Source: Nitrospirales bacterium (lineage in GTDB: Bacteria; Nitrospirota; Nitrospiria; Nitrospirales; UBA8639). From it: DNA of 64,000 nt. This document shows positions 41,901 to 54,985 of this stretch, piece after piece (positions within the stretch are counted from its first letter, which is position 1; each line of letters opens with the position of its first letter). The stretch covers positions 512,001 to 576,000 of the forward strand of contig CBDBCZ010000013.1 of NCBI GenBank assembly GCA_965203295.1, given 5' to 3'. A program made the position numbers and the translations under genes. The notes under the pieces are model-generated. The model did not search any database. It worked only from the letters and a program-made list of their open reading frames with translations, and was not told the DNA's origin.

Positions 41901-44900
41901 TGAAAATGCTGGACAATAAGAGGAATATACCTCCGACAAGTGGGTGTGTTTTGGAAAGCCCTTATTATACTTAAACAGAGCGAAGAAGTTGCAGTTCAAT
42001 GTAGCAGCATGCAGGTGACTATGAGCCCTGTTCTACTCTGTGAACGATTGTATCGCTGACTCATGCTACCTTCTGCAGACATATCCCATTATTCGATACT
42101 CCATCCCTTTGATCTCTTGATGGCACTAAAGAACATGATAATGTAGGAACACATACAAATTAGTTGCAGGAAAACATGCTTTAGCACTAGCACTAATTAA
42201 CATACCACTTTGAAGAAGAAGGTGTTATTGATGGCGGAATGTTTCTTTCCCATATTTCTATAGGGTGTGTAACATACGGGTACACTGTTTTGTCTCTAAA
42301 AACTATGTAGTTCTGTACACACCCGAGTCTCATTAACTCAGACCCAACCCATACCTGGTGGTGCAAAGTATGCCACCTGAAAAATTCTTGGTAAGAGCCT
42401 CATGAGGTGTTTACGACGTTTGTGCAAACCACTTTCATCACAATTATTTGCAATGCACGCTCATTGCACAGGTGACACTTGTCATGAAGGAAGCTACATG
42501 TACAGTGTACATGTACATGTACTTATATGTATATGCGAAGCCTGAGCCCAGCTTCACAAAGAATAGTTATAATTATAGTTACACAACCCTCGTAGACAAT
42601 GTACATATACTGTACATGTATACCTAATTACGTACATGTGCTTTAGGGTTTCATCCAAAAAAAAATTTTTTTTGGGGGGGGGGGGTAGCTTAACATGCCC
42701 ATTTGTAGGGGTTTCTGGGGGCATGTCCCCCCAGATTTTTTTGGGCAAATTTTGAGTGCTCTGAGAGGCCATTTGGTGGCTTCTGAGGCTACTGTGGAGA
42801 GGAGCTTCAGTGACATGAAACTTGTTAAAACGAGCTTTCATCATTAATTAATCTGCATCTGTGGCTTAGGGGGAGGGGGAAGCTGGGAGGGAAGTTTCTT
42901 CCCCCTGCCCCCCCCCCCCCCCCCCTCCCCCACTGGATGAAACCCTGCTTAGGAGCTTCATAGAGGCATGTGAATAGCTTTGTGAATGGTTTGAGACACG
43001 TTCGCGAATCTAGCTTTTTTTGCGAACATGCCTGTACGTGCATCTTTACTGCTCACTCGCAGTACCCTACATATTATGTACGTAGTATTTCCCATGAGGC
43101 AAAGTTCTGCCCAGGACTGCCTTGTGTATTCTGTTCAAAACTGTAATTATGGTGTTCCTCTCTCCCCACCACCACCACCACCACGCACCACCAGGCTCAG
43201 CGGCTCCACGAGAAGAAGGAGCACTCCACCCAGGAGCACGTGTTTGACCCCAGGACACGCCTCCTGCTCTTCAAGCTGGTGGACGCCGGGGTCCTCACGG
43301 AGGTGAACGGCTGCGTCAGCACCGGGAAGGAGGCCAGCATCTACCACGCAGGCGGAGGGAGGTGGGTGGAGCCAGGGGGTGGAGCTTATGGGTGGAGCCA
43401 GGGGGTGGAGGACTTAGTGTTGTTTTAGTATGGTGTCACATAATTATATTTAGTTTTAGTAAAAGGCTACATGTACATGTATTAGAGAACAAAAGTTTAG
43501 TTTTAGGTTTAGCTAGCCAACTAAAATGACAAGTCTGACATTTCATGTCTAAAAAAAACAGCCGGATGCCTTTCCCGTACAACACACACAACTCAGCTTA
43601 GGCCAAGCTATTAAACTACAGCTGTAGAGCCAGAGATACAATATTCCTAGAACGGTACAGCAAAAGTGCTGACTCAGCAGTTTCATCATGTGCCTCCAGT
43701 TAGTAGCTATACGCCACCAAAACAGGATCTTTACGGCTACCTACCACGTTTTCACCATCTAGGCAACACAAAACTACCTTCATTTGCTGTAGCTTGGCCT
43801 GCAAACCTCCAAAAGCTGCTATACACTGCAGTTGCATAGTAACATATGACGTAATATATTGCGCACGTGATAAGTGCGGACGCACAAACAGACAAACAAA
43901 CAAACAAACAAACAGACACGGAAAACGTAAAGCAATCTTAGTACCAGCCGTTCGCGCGCTGCGTGCGCTCCGGCTGGTAAAAAGGTTACTAAAACACTAT
44001 TTCAGTATTAGTTAACCATAACAAAATGGGTTGATTTTGGTGATAAAAATATTACCCAGGGGCCAGTGCCTTTGAAGGTTTAGTTATTTAATAAAATCTG
44101 TTTTTACTCCTACTACAAAGACTTTTTATTTTTATTTTCAGATACTGTGTGTATTATTCCTGCCCTCTAGCATGGAGGATCAGCCTATCCCCTCCGAGTG
44201 TGCTCTCAAAGTGTTCAAGACCACCCTCAACGAGTTCCGCAGCCGCGACCGCTACATCAAAGACGACTACCGCTTCAAGGACCGCTTCAGCAAGATGAAC
44301 CCCCGCAAGGTGGTGCGGCTGTGGGCAGAGAAGGAGCTGCACAACCTCAAGAGGTACAGCTGGCTAGCTGGTGCATGGAGTTCTAGGGAGTGGCAAGACT
44401 GGTCTGTGGTTCTCACTGCAGTAGTGTACATGAAAACTATTCATTACCATGTACCGTAGGACCGGTTTCAATTGCGATAATCAGAAATGAGGACACCTCT
44501 CTATACAGAACATTTCACCAGGTCCCCAATGTGTCCACATTAAAGGGGTTCCACTGTAGCTATATTAAATAAGTGTAGAGAGTTTGAATTCATATGTATG
44601 CGTATTCTCACATGTACGAGCATTGTCTACGTGTGTGTGTGAGTGATGTCAGCACAAGCACCATGGAAGACTTGTAACTCTAACCCTAACCCCTCCTCTC
44701 CTGCAGGCTACACGAGGCCGGCATCCCCTGTCCTGAGGTGGTGCTACTGAAGAAGCACATACTGATTATGAGTTTCATCGGGCGTGACCACAAGCCTGCG
44801 CCCAAACTCAAGGAGGTCAGGCTGTCTCGGGAGCAACTGCAGAGTGCATACCAGCAGTGTATACAAGTGAGTATACGTGCATTGTCAATTTTTGCCTGAA

Positions 44901-47900
44901 GCAATCACTCTTCCTATACTGTACATTGCAAACTCTTCAAGAGATGATAAGTTTTGCTGAGAAAGTAAAGATTTCCAGAAAACCGGGACCCAGTTTGGGA
45001 TTGAGCCCAGGACCTTCTGAATACTTGTCAGATGCTCTTACCAATTGAGCTACTGGAGCCCCTTGGCAGAGGAGCAGTAGGCAAGCTTCATATAGCCACT
45101 AAACCCGCTAGTAGCACTTGCCAGTAGGACCCAGCCAATTCCAGCTGTAATTACTCTCTCATTAGGCCTCTCCCCCCATCTCCTGAACACGATAATGTGC
45201 TACACCCATACTTAGCCTGGATCAGTCTGCCGGGGTAATTAAACCACCAAAGACACAGAACTGAAAACTAAGTTGTCACATTGCAAACTCTTCAAAAGAT
45301 GATAAGCTTTCTGAGAGAATACATTGTAATGTAACGAGTAAAGGTGAGCATAGATGCAGATGTAGCCTCGAACCCAGGCCTTTAATTCCCTGAAACTTAA
45401 AAAACTTAAAAAGAGCAAAATAGCTTAAATTACTTTCCTATTTTTGTTTCGCGAGTGCGGGGAAGGCCTGGGTTCAAGGCTACTGCAGATGTATACTAGA
45501 AGTCTCTAGCAGAGACCAGGAGCATGTGCTCCGATACCCGCCACTCCTTGACTCTGGAGACTGGACCCTACACTTGTATAAGGTTCAGAAAATGTACATC
45601 TACCCAGGGGGCCATACTTGAAAAAAGGTGTGACGTGCACCCACCGAGTTGGTTGGTTGTTTCAGCAGGACAGCAAAAAAGGTTCCAAAAACTAGGAGAT
45701 TTTTTTGAAGACAAGAGTTCAGATTTTGGCAGTACAAGCAGTAGAGGACGCCTCATATCCATTCTGTATCACAGCCTGTACTTGCATGCAATAGTGACAC
45801 AGATCTCACGTCATTGCTTACTCGGTAGCAGCTTGCCGCTGCCTTCAGCCATGATCGCTCAATCAGTAAGTGCTAAGTTAGGGTTGGGTCAAATTAGTTA
45901 ACCATTTTATGATGTCAATGTATGGTTAATTAACTATTTATGACGTAATTAATTGGGCGAGCGTGAGCGAGCCCCACACTAGTGTGTTCAATTGCAAGTT
46001 TGTCTGTGCGTACGGTGTACGTACGTACGTACGCACATACAGCATATCGTTTCGCGTTTCAATATAACGTTTCAAATAGTTTCCGTAATATTCCAAATTG
46101 TTCTCGTGGCCACGGTGGCTGCAGTGCAGCTAGCTTAGGGATGCTCTCACAGAGTAGACGGTAGTGGCAAAGGTTACAGCGTTGCCGTATATATCCCCAG
46201 ATTGTCGATAAGTCACATGGGAACAGCAGAGAGCGAGTTCTAGAGCCAGAAGAGTTTTCATTTCTCCAGGCCACCGACAGTGACACTGAGACGAGAGAAG
46301 GAGCCAAAAGAGCTGCTGAGAGCGCGTCGCCGCTAACGTACGCATGGGCTAATACCTCGCTCACGCTCGCCCCACAATGCTTTGCAGTCACCTAGTTATA
46401 ATTATGACACTTTGTGATGTAGTTGGTAGGTTGTTTTGGTCTGCAAGGAAGGGGCTGTGCATCATGGACTTTTTTTGCTGGGGCCTCCTGATCTACCCAG
46501 CATATGTGGGTTGTGTAAAAATAACTATCTGGTGAAAACACTAAACACTTCCTAAAATGATATAGCGAATGGGTCAAGCTTGATCCTGTGAGCACACTGG
46601 TACTGTAAGATCACACTATAATCACTTCCCAGAGCTGTATCCTGCACTTGTATAAGGTTCAAAATACATGTATCTGCCCAGCAATTTAGGTCTGTCATGA
46701 TTAATTTATGCTAGAGAGAATACTGCTGCTTCCTGGTGAGATCAAGCTTGAATCATGGCAGTGTGGCCACACCTGGTGTGAGATCACTGATGACTTCCAG
46801 GAGTTGTATCCTGCACTTGTATTAGGTTCAAAATATCTGTCCAGAAAGGGCTGTATGAACATAGTTATGTGGTGAGAAAACTGACAGTTCCTGGAGATGA
46901 TGTAGCTAATGGGTCAAGCTTGAAACTTGAATGGAGGGTGGCTACACCTGGTATGTGTGAGATCACTGATCATTTCCCAGAGTTGTATCCTGCACTTGTA
47001 CAATGTTCAAAGCATCAGCCCTGTGAGAGGTGTAGGAGCATAATTATCTCTCCTGAAGGCTTTTCAGGGAGTAATACCTTTTTTCTTTGTGGCCCAAATA
47101 AGGATAAGTAGTTTGTACCAATATGAACATTTCCAGAAACTTGTGAGCAAAAGTTTATATGTCAGGTCTAGAGTTACAGGGGCTTCACGTAGATGGTGAT
47201 TATTGATGATTAGAAGTGCAGTGTACAGAAGCGATAGCTGGGAGCCGACTAGGCCCTGTGCTACTTGTGAAGCAAAAAACGTGGGATTTACGTTGTCTGC
47301 TGAGTTATTTAGCACAAATATTATGTAACTAATTTCATTAACAAGCACCAGTGTAGCCTTCACACATATATTCCCTTTTCCTCCTCCCTCCCTCCCTCCC
47401 TCCTCTCCCAGGCCATGCAACGGATGTTCTCAGAATGCCGTCTAATCCATGCTGACCTCAGCGAGTACAACATGCTTTGGCACGAGGGTCGGGTGTACTT
47501 CATTGACGTGAGCCAGTCTGTGGAGCCCTCTCATCCCCACGCTCTGGAGTTCCTCCTGAGAGACTGCACCAATGTCTCCTCTTTCTTTTCCCGTGCGGGG
47601 CTCAGTGACGTCATGACCCCTCACCAACTCTTCAACTTTGTCTCTGCCCTCGACATCAATGCTAGCAATGATCAGGAGTTTCTGGCTCAAGTGAGTGCAC
47701 ATGTACACATTGCACTTTACTTTTTATGTTAAATTCGTACCATGGGTTTCAATATGGTACATGGATGTACCCTGGCTTAAAAGGCACCGCCTAGGTACAT
47801 GGGGTTTTGTACACTGTAGCGGTGCCTTTCAAGTGACCTACAGCTATGGTACAAGTGCGGTTGTAGCTCTACCAGATATCATAACATGCTCCACTACAGC

Positions 47901-48603
47901 TTGGGTAAATAGTCTCGTACAGAGCCTCTGAGGGGTCTGGTACCCAGTCCAAAGTGTTCGGGCGGCATTGCATCAGCGGTTCAGATTTTCAACCGGCATT
48001 GAGATTGGTCGACTAGTGCTGTAACAGATGTCACAGTTACAGCACTTAATTACCAGTAACAGAATTCATGTGGAAGTTTAATGCATCGTAATATGTCACC
48101 TACTGTAGATCAGGAGATTTTCGTCATTACTGAATGCTTTCCCTATGACTACAAAAAAACATGAACTGTTTTCAACATCGAACCTCGACCAATAACGCTA
48201 CACTTCTAGTGTGCCGAAGCAACAAAAATAAAACAACGTGAAAATTTAACAGACGAATATTTATACAAGCCAAATTTTTCCATTCTATGGTATTTGCTAC
48301 AGTTGCTAAAACTGTGCTTGTATATGTTTTGGAGGGTACCAGGACCTTCTTTCGCTCTTCAGAGGTATCTGGACACGAGACTAACTCCAGTTTAGCCTGT
48401 AGCTGACTGTACGTGTGTTCGTCTGATTTCCCTGGCCACAGATTCACACCCACACCAAGAGGCAGCGTCTTGCGGACACCATGCACTCCACGACACAGCC
48501 CTATCCCTTCGACTACTACTTTGAGGAGAGCCGGAAGACCAGCGGCGTGCACCCACAGCAAAGCTCCAGCAGCGACAGCGAGACCGAGTGTGGAGGGGAG
48601 TGA
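35934..48603 (+). CDS. RIOK3: Serine/threonine kinase RIO3. Coding exons 35934-36100, 37003-37166, 39091-39195, 39751-39865, 40701-40811, 43195-43361, 44171-44353, 44707-44866, 47412-47690, 48442-48603
   Basis: RIOK3-type N-terminal motifs SLAAVMDEELAKKMQ, DLLLAQMMQLEFDRE and TTKHDPILCGRKN. RIO kinase motifs [31 protein letters not shown] and IDVSQSVE are intact. Splice phases are consistent. Confidence 0.95.
38250..38432 (+). mobile_element. Penelope-like pseudo-LTR fragment with a degenerate hammerhead (38305-38347)
   Basis: TGCC CTTGAGGA A...C GAAAC ATT GGCA, plus a downstream CCAACCGAGA shared with the 58.8 kb element. Flanked by the 14-bp direct repeat CTCTATTATCAAGT (38236-38249, 38433-38446). 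Confidence 0.65.
39399..39504. mobile_element. Tc1/pogo-type MITE (TA-CAGTGGAACC...GGTTCCA(C)TG-TA family)
   Basis: TA-flanked TIRs and internal AGGACAC/GTGTCCT motifs. Related or partial copies at ~4857-5155, 12474, 20752, 37790-38030, 38455-39030, 44455-44557 and 54090-54215. Confidence 0.7.
41583..41965. mobile_element. TIR element, possibly a PIF/Harbinger MITE
   Basis: Inverted ends ATAGGGGCTTTCCAAAAC ... GTTTTGGAAAGCCCTTAT. Confidence 0.6.
43552..43982. mobile_element. Helentron/HINE-like non-autonomous element
   Basis: Subterminal IR CAGCCGGA...TCCGGCTG, a GC-rich hairpin ACCAGCCG...CGGCTGGT, an internal (AAAC)n microsatellite and A-run ends. Confidence 0.5.
44920..45225 (-). mobile_element. 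Second full-length copy of the TATA+tRNA-like repeat
   Basis: Colinear with 18063-18360, from TGTACATTGCAAACTCTTCAAGAGATGATAA through to CTTAGCCTGGATCA. Confidence 0.75.
45363..45482. mobile_element. TAGCCTCG-family element
   Basis: TIR TAGCCTCGAACCCAGGCCTT/AAGGCCTGGGTTCAAGGCTA; flanks ATGCAGATG/CTGCAGATG. Confidence 0.8.
45951..46395 (+). mobile_element. Second copy of the Helitron/Helentron-like element
   Basis: Reverse complement of 5851-6305; explains the near-identical ORFs 5881-6189 and 46059-46391. Confidence 0.75.
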
Positions 48604-49862
48604 ACTAGACCTTAGCCATTATATTTTTTTGGTAGTACTATCATATGGGTTTAATTCAATAGCTATTTTATCCATCTTGCAGGTGTATTTATATCAAATT
48701 GTAGCATTCAACAGACTTTTTTTGAATTTTTAATTGGGTCATTTGTAAGGAGTGTAGGCAGGGGTGGTTGAACATAGCCAGTGCAAACATAATTCGAAAT
48801 GGTTAAAATTTCACTTATTGTTTGGAGTTCTTAACCTGGATAGCCAATCATTGGGTAGCTGAACCGTTCGCCATCACAGCTTACGGTCTCTGTTTCAGCA
48901 GGATCACCACTTGGGATCCTAAGAGATTGCTGTGTTATGTGTTATGTGTTATGTGTTGATAAAGAATGTTTAGTTTAGCAAGAGCAAGATCACCAGAAAG
49001 CAAATCCATGCAGATGGGCAGAATGAATCTACAAATCCCGATGGACAGACTGAATAGCTAGCTATGTGATAACTGAGATAACTGAAAGGGTGCGAACCAG
49101 AGAGCGTTAACACAAAAAAGTTATGTGTTTCAATTTTCACTGCAAAAATATGCAGTTGTATTGAGTAGGTAGTGCATGAATTGCAGATGTCTGAGTATGG
49201 AGGTATTAGTTAGGACTCACAGTGCATGGTGGTTTGTTGCTTACAACGATATTTGGCATTTCGTACAAATTGTGAGTCTTTTGTCTACATGGGACTCGAC
49301 ATACCAAATGGAGAACCTCCTACAGTTGTTATGTTGAGTTACGGTGGATAAAAAGGCTCACAAAAATGCATGACATGTAAAGTATTGTAGTTAAGTAACA
49401 AAATACGTATCACTTTGAGGCCTAAACTCCTACATGCATACCTAGCAAAAATAACAGTTCATTTCATGTCAACAGGTATATACTCTGACATCTACAATTC
49501 AGCTAACCACTAAGTAGTCTTTTTTTGGCTGTGAATACATATTCAAATCACACTTTTATATTATGATTGAAATTTCCAGTACTTGATTTTGGGTTGACCC
49601 CACTATAAGCTCTCAGCCCTTCAACTGTGAGACTCGTGTACTAACAAAGTCCATGGTGAAGTACAAATTTCCAGTACTTTATTTTGGGTTGACCCCACTA
49701 TAAGCTCTCAGCCCTTCAACTGTGAGACTCGTGTACTAACAAAGTCCTTGGTGAAGTGCAAAATAATACAGGGGACTAGTATAATTATAGCCGGAAAGTA
49801 ATGTAACGGCAGTGTGGGGATGAGGCTCAACTTGTGAGGAGTGTGAAGCTGCTAGCCTCAAA

Positions 49863-50243
49863 TAGGGCTGAGCCTATTGTGCTCAAATAAATACCTATTT
49901 ATATGCTATGCTGCATTGCTCCAAAATCTTCCTATTATGCTCAACAAATGCCCCTATTATGCTCAAATTATGCGCTTTAAATGTGACCCTCACAGCGAAA
50001 ATCAACCATCTGGACTGTTTTAAGTATACATGGGTGGTGAGTATTTTCATAATTTCTAGTATGTTCGCTGCTATTTTACCACGGTTTGACGGTAAGACAT
50101 TGGTAGCTTGCTAAGTTTCCGCTACACATTAATTAAATGGCGTAATTTCCCCCGAGAATCTACCTATTATGCTCACATTGTGCTCAATGCTTTTGCGTAC
50201 CTATTATGCTCATTTTAATGCCGGCCTAATCGGCTCACCCCTA
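49863..50243. mobile_element. hAT-type MITE, second copy
   Basis: Perfect 8-bp TSD GCCTCAAA; reverse complement of 14186-14565. Confidence 0.88.
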
Positions 50244-51044
50244 GCCTCAAACCCCCATTTGAGGCTACGAAGCTGCAGCTACTTGGAGTGTATTCCAAGT
50301 TTAGGCTTGTCAATGACATGTACTACTTTTTGCTAGGTACAACAGCATCACAAGATTTGTAACAACAATGCTTGAACTCTATCGTAATCACTCGAATTTA
50401 AGTCTTCTATCAAGTGCTCGGTCTAGGTCACACCCAAGAAACACTAACGCATACTATTCTTGAACACAATACTATATTGTATGGTTGTTGAAGTCTATCT
50501 CAAGAGTTATTTGGGGTAATATTCTATGTAATAGCGTTTATCAGATTTAGTACTAGTAATTCATTGCTGTGTCTCACTCTTCTCTCTTCTGTTCTGAAAG
50601 CTCTCAAGCCTGCAACTGTAAATTTATTGGCTACAATTATTGGCATGGTTAAATATAATCTGCTGAAGATGCTGCCTTGGGGCAGCCAATAAGAGAGGTT
50701 AGTTGCACTCACATTCCACAATTCAGACTCCCTGAGCTTGACAGTATAATTGTTTTGTCTCCACTTAATTATTAATTGCTGGGTGTACATGTACATACAT
50801 GCTTGTACTTCTGTTGTATGCAATAATATGATAATGCCCCACCCGGGAATACACCCCTCAATAACTCAAAACAATTAAGACTGAATAGTTAATTCACTAA
50901 GACTGACATAGACTAAATAGCAGCTGCAAAAGACACACTATTAATTTTAATGTCAGAAAATAAACCACAAAAGCTAAAAGACATGCATTGTCTGTTGCAG
51001 CTAGTATATTTTTAGTTTGTAGACAGCTAAAGATGCCATCACAG

Positions 51045-52013
51045 TTATGTATTGTCGGTGCAGTATGATTTTCTGTCTGCGTCAGGGGTATGGTCTCTCC
51101 AACTGTCTACAATCAGAACTATCCGCTCATCAGGTCCGTCGTGTATGACTTCGTGCTCAAAAGAACTATCAAATGTGAAGGCTTTGCACGTTTGCCACGC
51201 CCTCCACTCTCCGCCGACACGAATTTGCGCACCACCAGAGTGATAGACGGTAAAGTGAGTTCTCAGTGCACAGTTGGTGGGGCCAGTGTGAGGGAGTATT
51301 CTACTGCCAGGCGTCAGTTTGGAGAGCTTTACAAAGGTGATGTTCGAGATGAACGGTTGTATAGAGTTCAGTATTGCTGGAAACATTGCAGAGATCTCTT
51401 GAGAGCCACCAAGCATGGCATCATATAGCACCAATGTCTTCCAACTTCCATAAAAGGTTCTTTCGTTCTCCTGCTCAACAATCATGTTATTAGAAATGAA
51501 AGCACTGTTCCTGACCACTTCGCCCCCTATCTGATTGCAATTAGACTCCAGTGAGTCTCTGAGAGGCTGGAGTTCCTCATCGTGCCACGGTTCGCTGTTT
51601 AGTTCCTTGCAGCACTGAAGCAAAGGCCTCTGATGCATGCTAGGCCAGTACCCAAGGAGAATGCCTTGCTGCCAGGCCTTTCTTGCGCACAGATCGTTAT
51701 GTAAGTGTTGATAAGAACTCCCAATTTCCGAAATGAATACGGAGCTGGCGTTTCTGTCGGCGCCCAGAGCGCAGTATATGGCAATCTTCTGCTTGGAAGT
51801 TAGGCTGGAACCAAACTTTTTCAGAAAGGCGTCAACTGCGACCTTCTCCCAGCCGACCTTTACCGCGTGGTTTCGCAAAAGGCCTGCGAATCTTTCGGCG
51901 TATGAAGACAATTCTTTATCGCGGAGTATAACTTCCGGGGCACAAAGGTCGCCGCACGAGTACGCCAGGTGAGCGCTTGCACTAACGATTACTAAAAAAG
52001 TAAGGCCATTCAT
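51045..52013 (-). CDS. Aspartyl/asparaginyl beta-hydroxylase domain protein (ASPH-like 2OG-Fe(II) oxygenase), intronless, predicted secretory
   Basis: Motifs PHTGPTNCALRTH, FDSSFEHEVIH and RIVLIVDSW. First ATG at 52013 (MNGLTFLVIVSASAHLAYS) gives a signal-peptide-like N-terminus. Confidence 0.9.
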   Translation of the reverse strand: MNGLTFLVIVSASAHLAYSCGDLCAPEVILRDKELSSYAERFAGLLRNHAVKVGWEKVAVDAFLKKFGSSLTSKQKIAIYCALGADRNASSVFISEIGSSYQHLHNDLCARKAWQQGILLGYWPSMHQRPLLQCCKELNSEPWHDEELQPLRDSLESNCNQIGGEVVRNSAFISNNMIVEQENERTFYGSWKTLVLYDAMLGGSQEISAMFPAILNSIQPFISNITFVKLSKLTPGSRILPHTGPTNCALRTHFTVYHSGGAQIRVGGEWRAWQTCKAFTFDSSFEHEVIHDGPDERIVLIVDSWRDHTPDADRKSYCTDNT

Positions 52014-53151
52014 CTTGTTCGTTGCACAAACAGTGAGCAGTAGCACATAATTGCAAGCTAGGGACTCGATTTCCAAGTACTATAAAAACACGCAGGCGGG
52101 CTTTTGTTTATAACTAAGTGGGTGCTCGTAAATTGCGGCAGGAAGTCTGGAGGATCAAACGCGCGCCAACCAGCGGCCAGACCACCACACCCTCTAACAG
52201 CCATAGGAATGCAGTGGAAGTGACAGGAACCTATAACCGCAAATATGTTAAGCGGGCGCTATCTACATTGTCTAGCTTTTTTGGCATCTGTGTAGCCCGG
52301 ATTCGAGGCAGTTTCACCGTGTGCTGTGATTGCCTGCATTAAAAGATTTAAGTATACTGATAGATCATAAACCATGAACAGAGACCCTACCAGACGCTCT
52401 CCCCCGCCAACGAATATCGCGAGGCATGATTTTACGTAGACGTAAGTTACGCGTAGCTATACGCATGAAAATGTTGTGTGCTAACGCCGCCTCCGGAAGT
52501 AGTGTAGACTTGCAAGTTGCAACTCGGACGCCAATTTGATTGTGCTTTCATCATATTTCGCGATCGTCAACGTGCATAGTCTACGTTCTTTTCGAGCTTG
52601 AGCGTGTCGTGATACGGCTTGGATTCTCCGTTTCTTCAACCGTTAGTGAGTTTTCCTAACCAGAAGCACACCCTCTTGCATAGCTGTGTTGATCATATAG
52701 TAATTATGCCCACTCCATTGTGGTGGCACTTTGATGCTACATGTGCGTATGCGATGCTGGTGGGCACTGCACTCTGGTGTAGCCCCGCCCCTTGTGAAAA
52801 CAGGGGAAATGAAAAAGGCCAATACAGAGTGTATACCAGACGCTCTATTTTTACTAGTCAGAGCTACATAGTATTGTTCTCGGTTACTGTTGTACTGCAG
52901 GTAACGAGTGTGTGTGTGTGTGGGGGGGGGGGGGGTGGCTTGGATACGAGCAGGTAACGAGTGTGTGTGTGTGTGGGGGGGGGGGGGGTGGCTTGGATAC
53001 GAGCAGGTAACGAGTGTGTGAGTGTGTGTGTGTGGGGGGGGGGGGGGATGTAGCCTCGTACTCAAGCAAGCCATGTGGCTTGGATATGAGGCTAGGGGGA
53101 ATGAGGTATATTATCATGAGCAAGCCAACCCCCTCTCCTCCCTGTCTCTAG

Positions 53152-53288
53152 GATCTCGGTTCTCCTGCGCTCCCAGGAGGGCAACGACTGGCGCAGCAAG
53201 CTCCCGCCTAACCCAGACGCTGGGAGGGTCCTGGCTGCCCTCTCTGCCGCCAGCCAGAGAGCACACGCCACTGCCAGCAGCACACAGG
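53152..53288 (+). other. Orphan GC-rich exon-like segment of an unidentified gene or pseudogene
   Basis: Pyrimidine tract plus CTAG acceptor and G/GTGAG donor. One open frame reads SRFLLRSQEGNDWRSKLPPNPDAGRVLAALSAASQRAHATASSTQ. A CpG-rich promoter-like region lies upstream (52100-52620). No homolog recognised. Confidence 0.4.
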
Positions 53289-54286
53289 GTGAGAGCCTGT
53301 CACGCCCGTTACAACCCGGGGCTTTGCTTGAGGAGGTGGGAAGCTGTTATAGGGCCTGGTACATTTTGTGAATCAGTTTGCAAATTGCATCTATAAGCTG
53401 CGCAGTACTAATTAATCCTATGCCTAATTTTAACCCTAGCCCCAGCCCTTGCTCAAAATCTAATCCTAAGCATAACCCTACCCTTTACTGCTATAAATTT
53501 ATGAATTGCTAGAGCTATTTACAACTGTGCACTAATTGAGCTGTGTGCAAGTATCTACAGAGTCACTGGTGCGATATCATAGTAAGCTTACTCTTCAGCT
53601 TATGAACACTCGGGGAGGGGGGGGGGAAGGGGGGAGACTACTAATGCAGCTGCAGATAGCTGTTTTGTCTTACTTAACATTAGGTTACTCTTTGCATGCC
53701 ATGGGCACATTTATGTTCCCATATAAAATATGTACGTACTTTATATTAACGCCTAATATAAAAAGGCCAATATAAATTCACATTAGCCTTATGGATGTAT
53801 TAACTTGGCTGGGAAAGAGTTAAGCTTGTGACCCACTGTGCTATTGTATAGTAGCATACCAGACATATACTGTATGTTGATTCAGTTGCTTAGCCTAACA
53901 ATGGATGAGTGAGTTACGTACCTGATAGCCCCGTACCCAGGCCTTCCCTCACGAGGCTAATTACGTTACCCAACCTCATCTGACTTAGTTAATTAGCTGT
54001 TGGGAAGTGTGTATGTATTGATGAAGCCACAGGATTGTATAATTGCGAGGATGTCATTTTAGCAACCTACTTACCTCATTGCTTAATACAGTCGAGTCCC
54101 TCTAATGTGGACACCTTACAGACCTAGTAAAGTGTTCTGTATAGAGAGATGTCCTCATTTCAGGGGTAGATTTCTACTTAGAAAGCCTATTTGGGACATA
54201 GCAGAATGTTCCCCTGTAGGTAACCATGTGCTCGTGCTCCTCCCTGTGATACTGTATTTGGTTATTCTGGTTACATTGCTCTTTTG

Positions 54287-54985
54287 TAGTTGGGTTACCT
54301 ACATGAAGACCCCGGTCTGAGTCTCGGTAGTTGGGTTACCTACATGAAGACCCCGGTCTGAGTCTCGGTAGTTGGGTTACCTACATGAAGACCCCGGTCT
54401 GAGTCTCGGTAGTTGGGTTACCTACATGAAGACCCCGGTCTGAGTCTCGGTAGTTGGGTTACCTACATGAAGACCCCGGTCTGAGTCTCGGTAGTTGGGT
54501 TACCTACATGAAGACCCCGGCCTGAGTCTCGGTAGTTGGGTTACCTACATGAAGACCCCGGTCTGAGTCTCGGTAGTTGGGTTACCTACATGAAGACCCC
54601 GGTCTGAGTCTCGGTAGTTGGGTTACCTACATGAAGACCCCGGTCTGAGTCTCGGTAGTTGGGTTACCTACATGAAGACCCCGGTCTGAGTCTCGGTAGT
54701 TGGGTTACCTACATGAAGACCCCGGCCTGAGTCTCGGTAGTTGGGTTACCTACATGAAGACCCCGGCCTGAGTCTCGGTAGTTGGGTTACCTACATGAAG
54801 ACCCCGGTCTGAGTCTCGGTAGTTGGGTTACCTACATGAAGACCCCGGCCTGAGTCTCGGTAGTTGGGTTACCTACATGAAGACCCCGGCCTGAGTCTCG
54901 GTAGTTGGGTTACCTACATGAAGACCCCGGCCTGAGTCTCGGTAGTTGGGTTACCTACATGAAGAGACCCCGGCCTGAGTCTCGG
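54287..54985. repeat. 41-bp minisatellite, ~17 near-identical copies
   Basis: GTAGTTGGGTTACCTACATGAAGACCCCGG(T/C)CTGAGTCTCG, head-to-tail with no spacers. Confidence 0.95.

Noticed and set aside
54287..54985. CRISPR-like array
   Set aside because: Repeats are contiguous with no unique spacers, there are no cas genes, and the context is eukaryotic.
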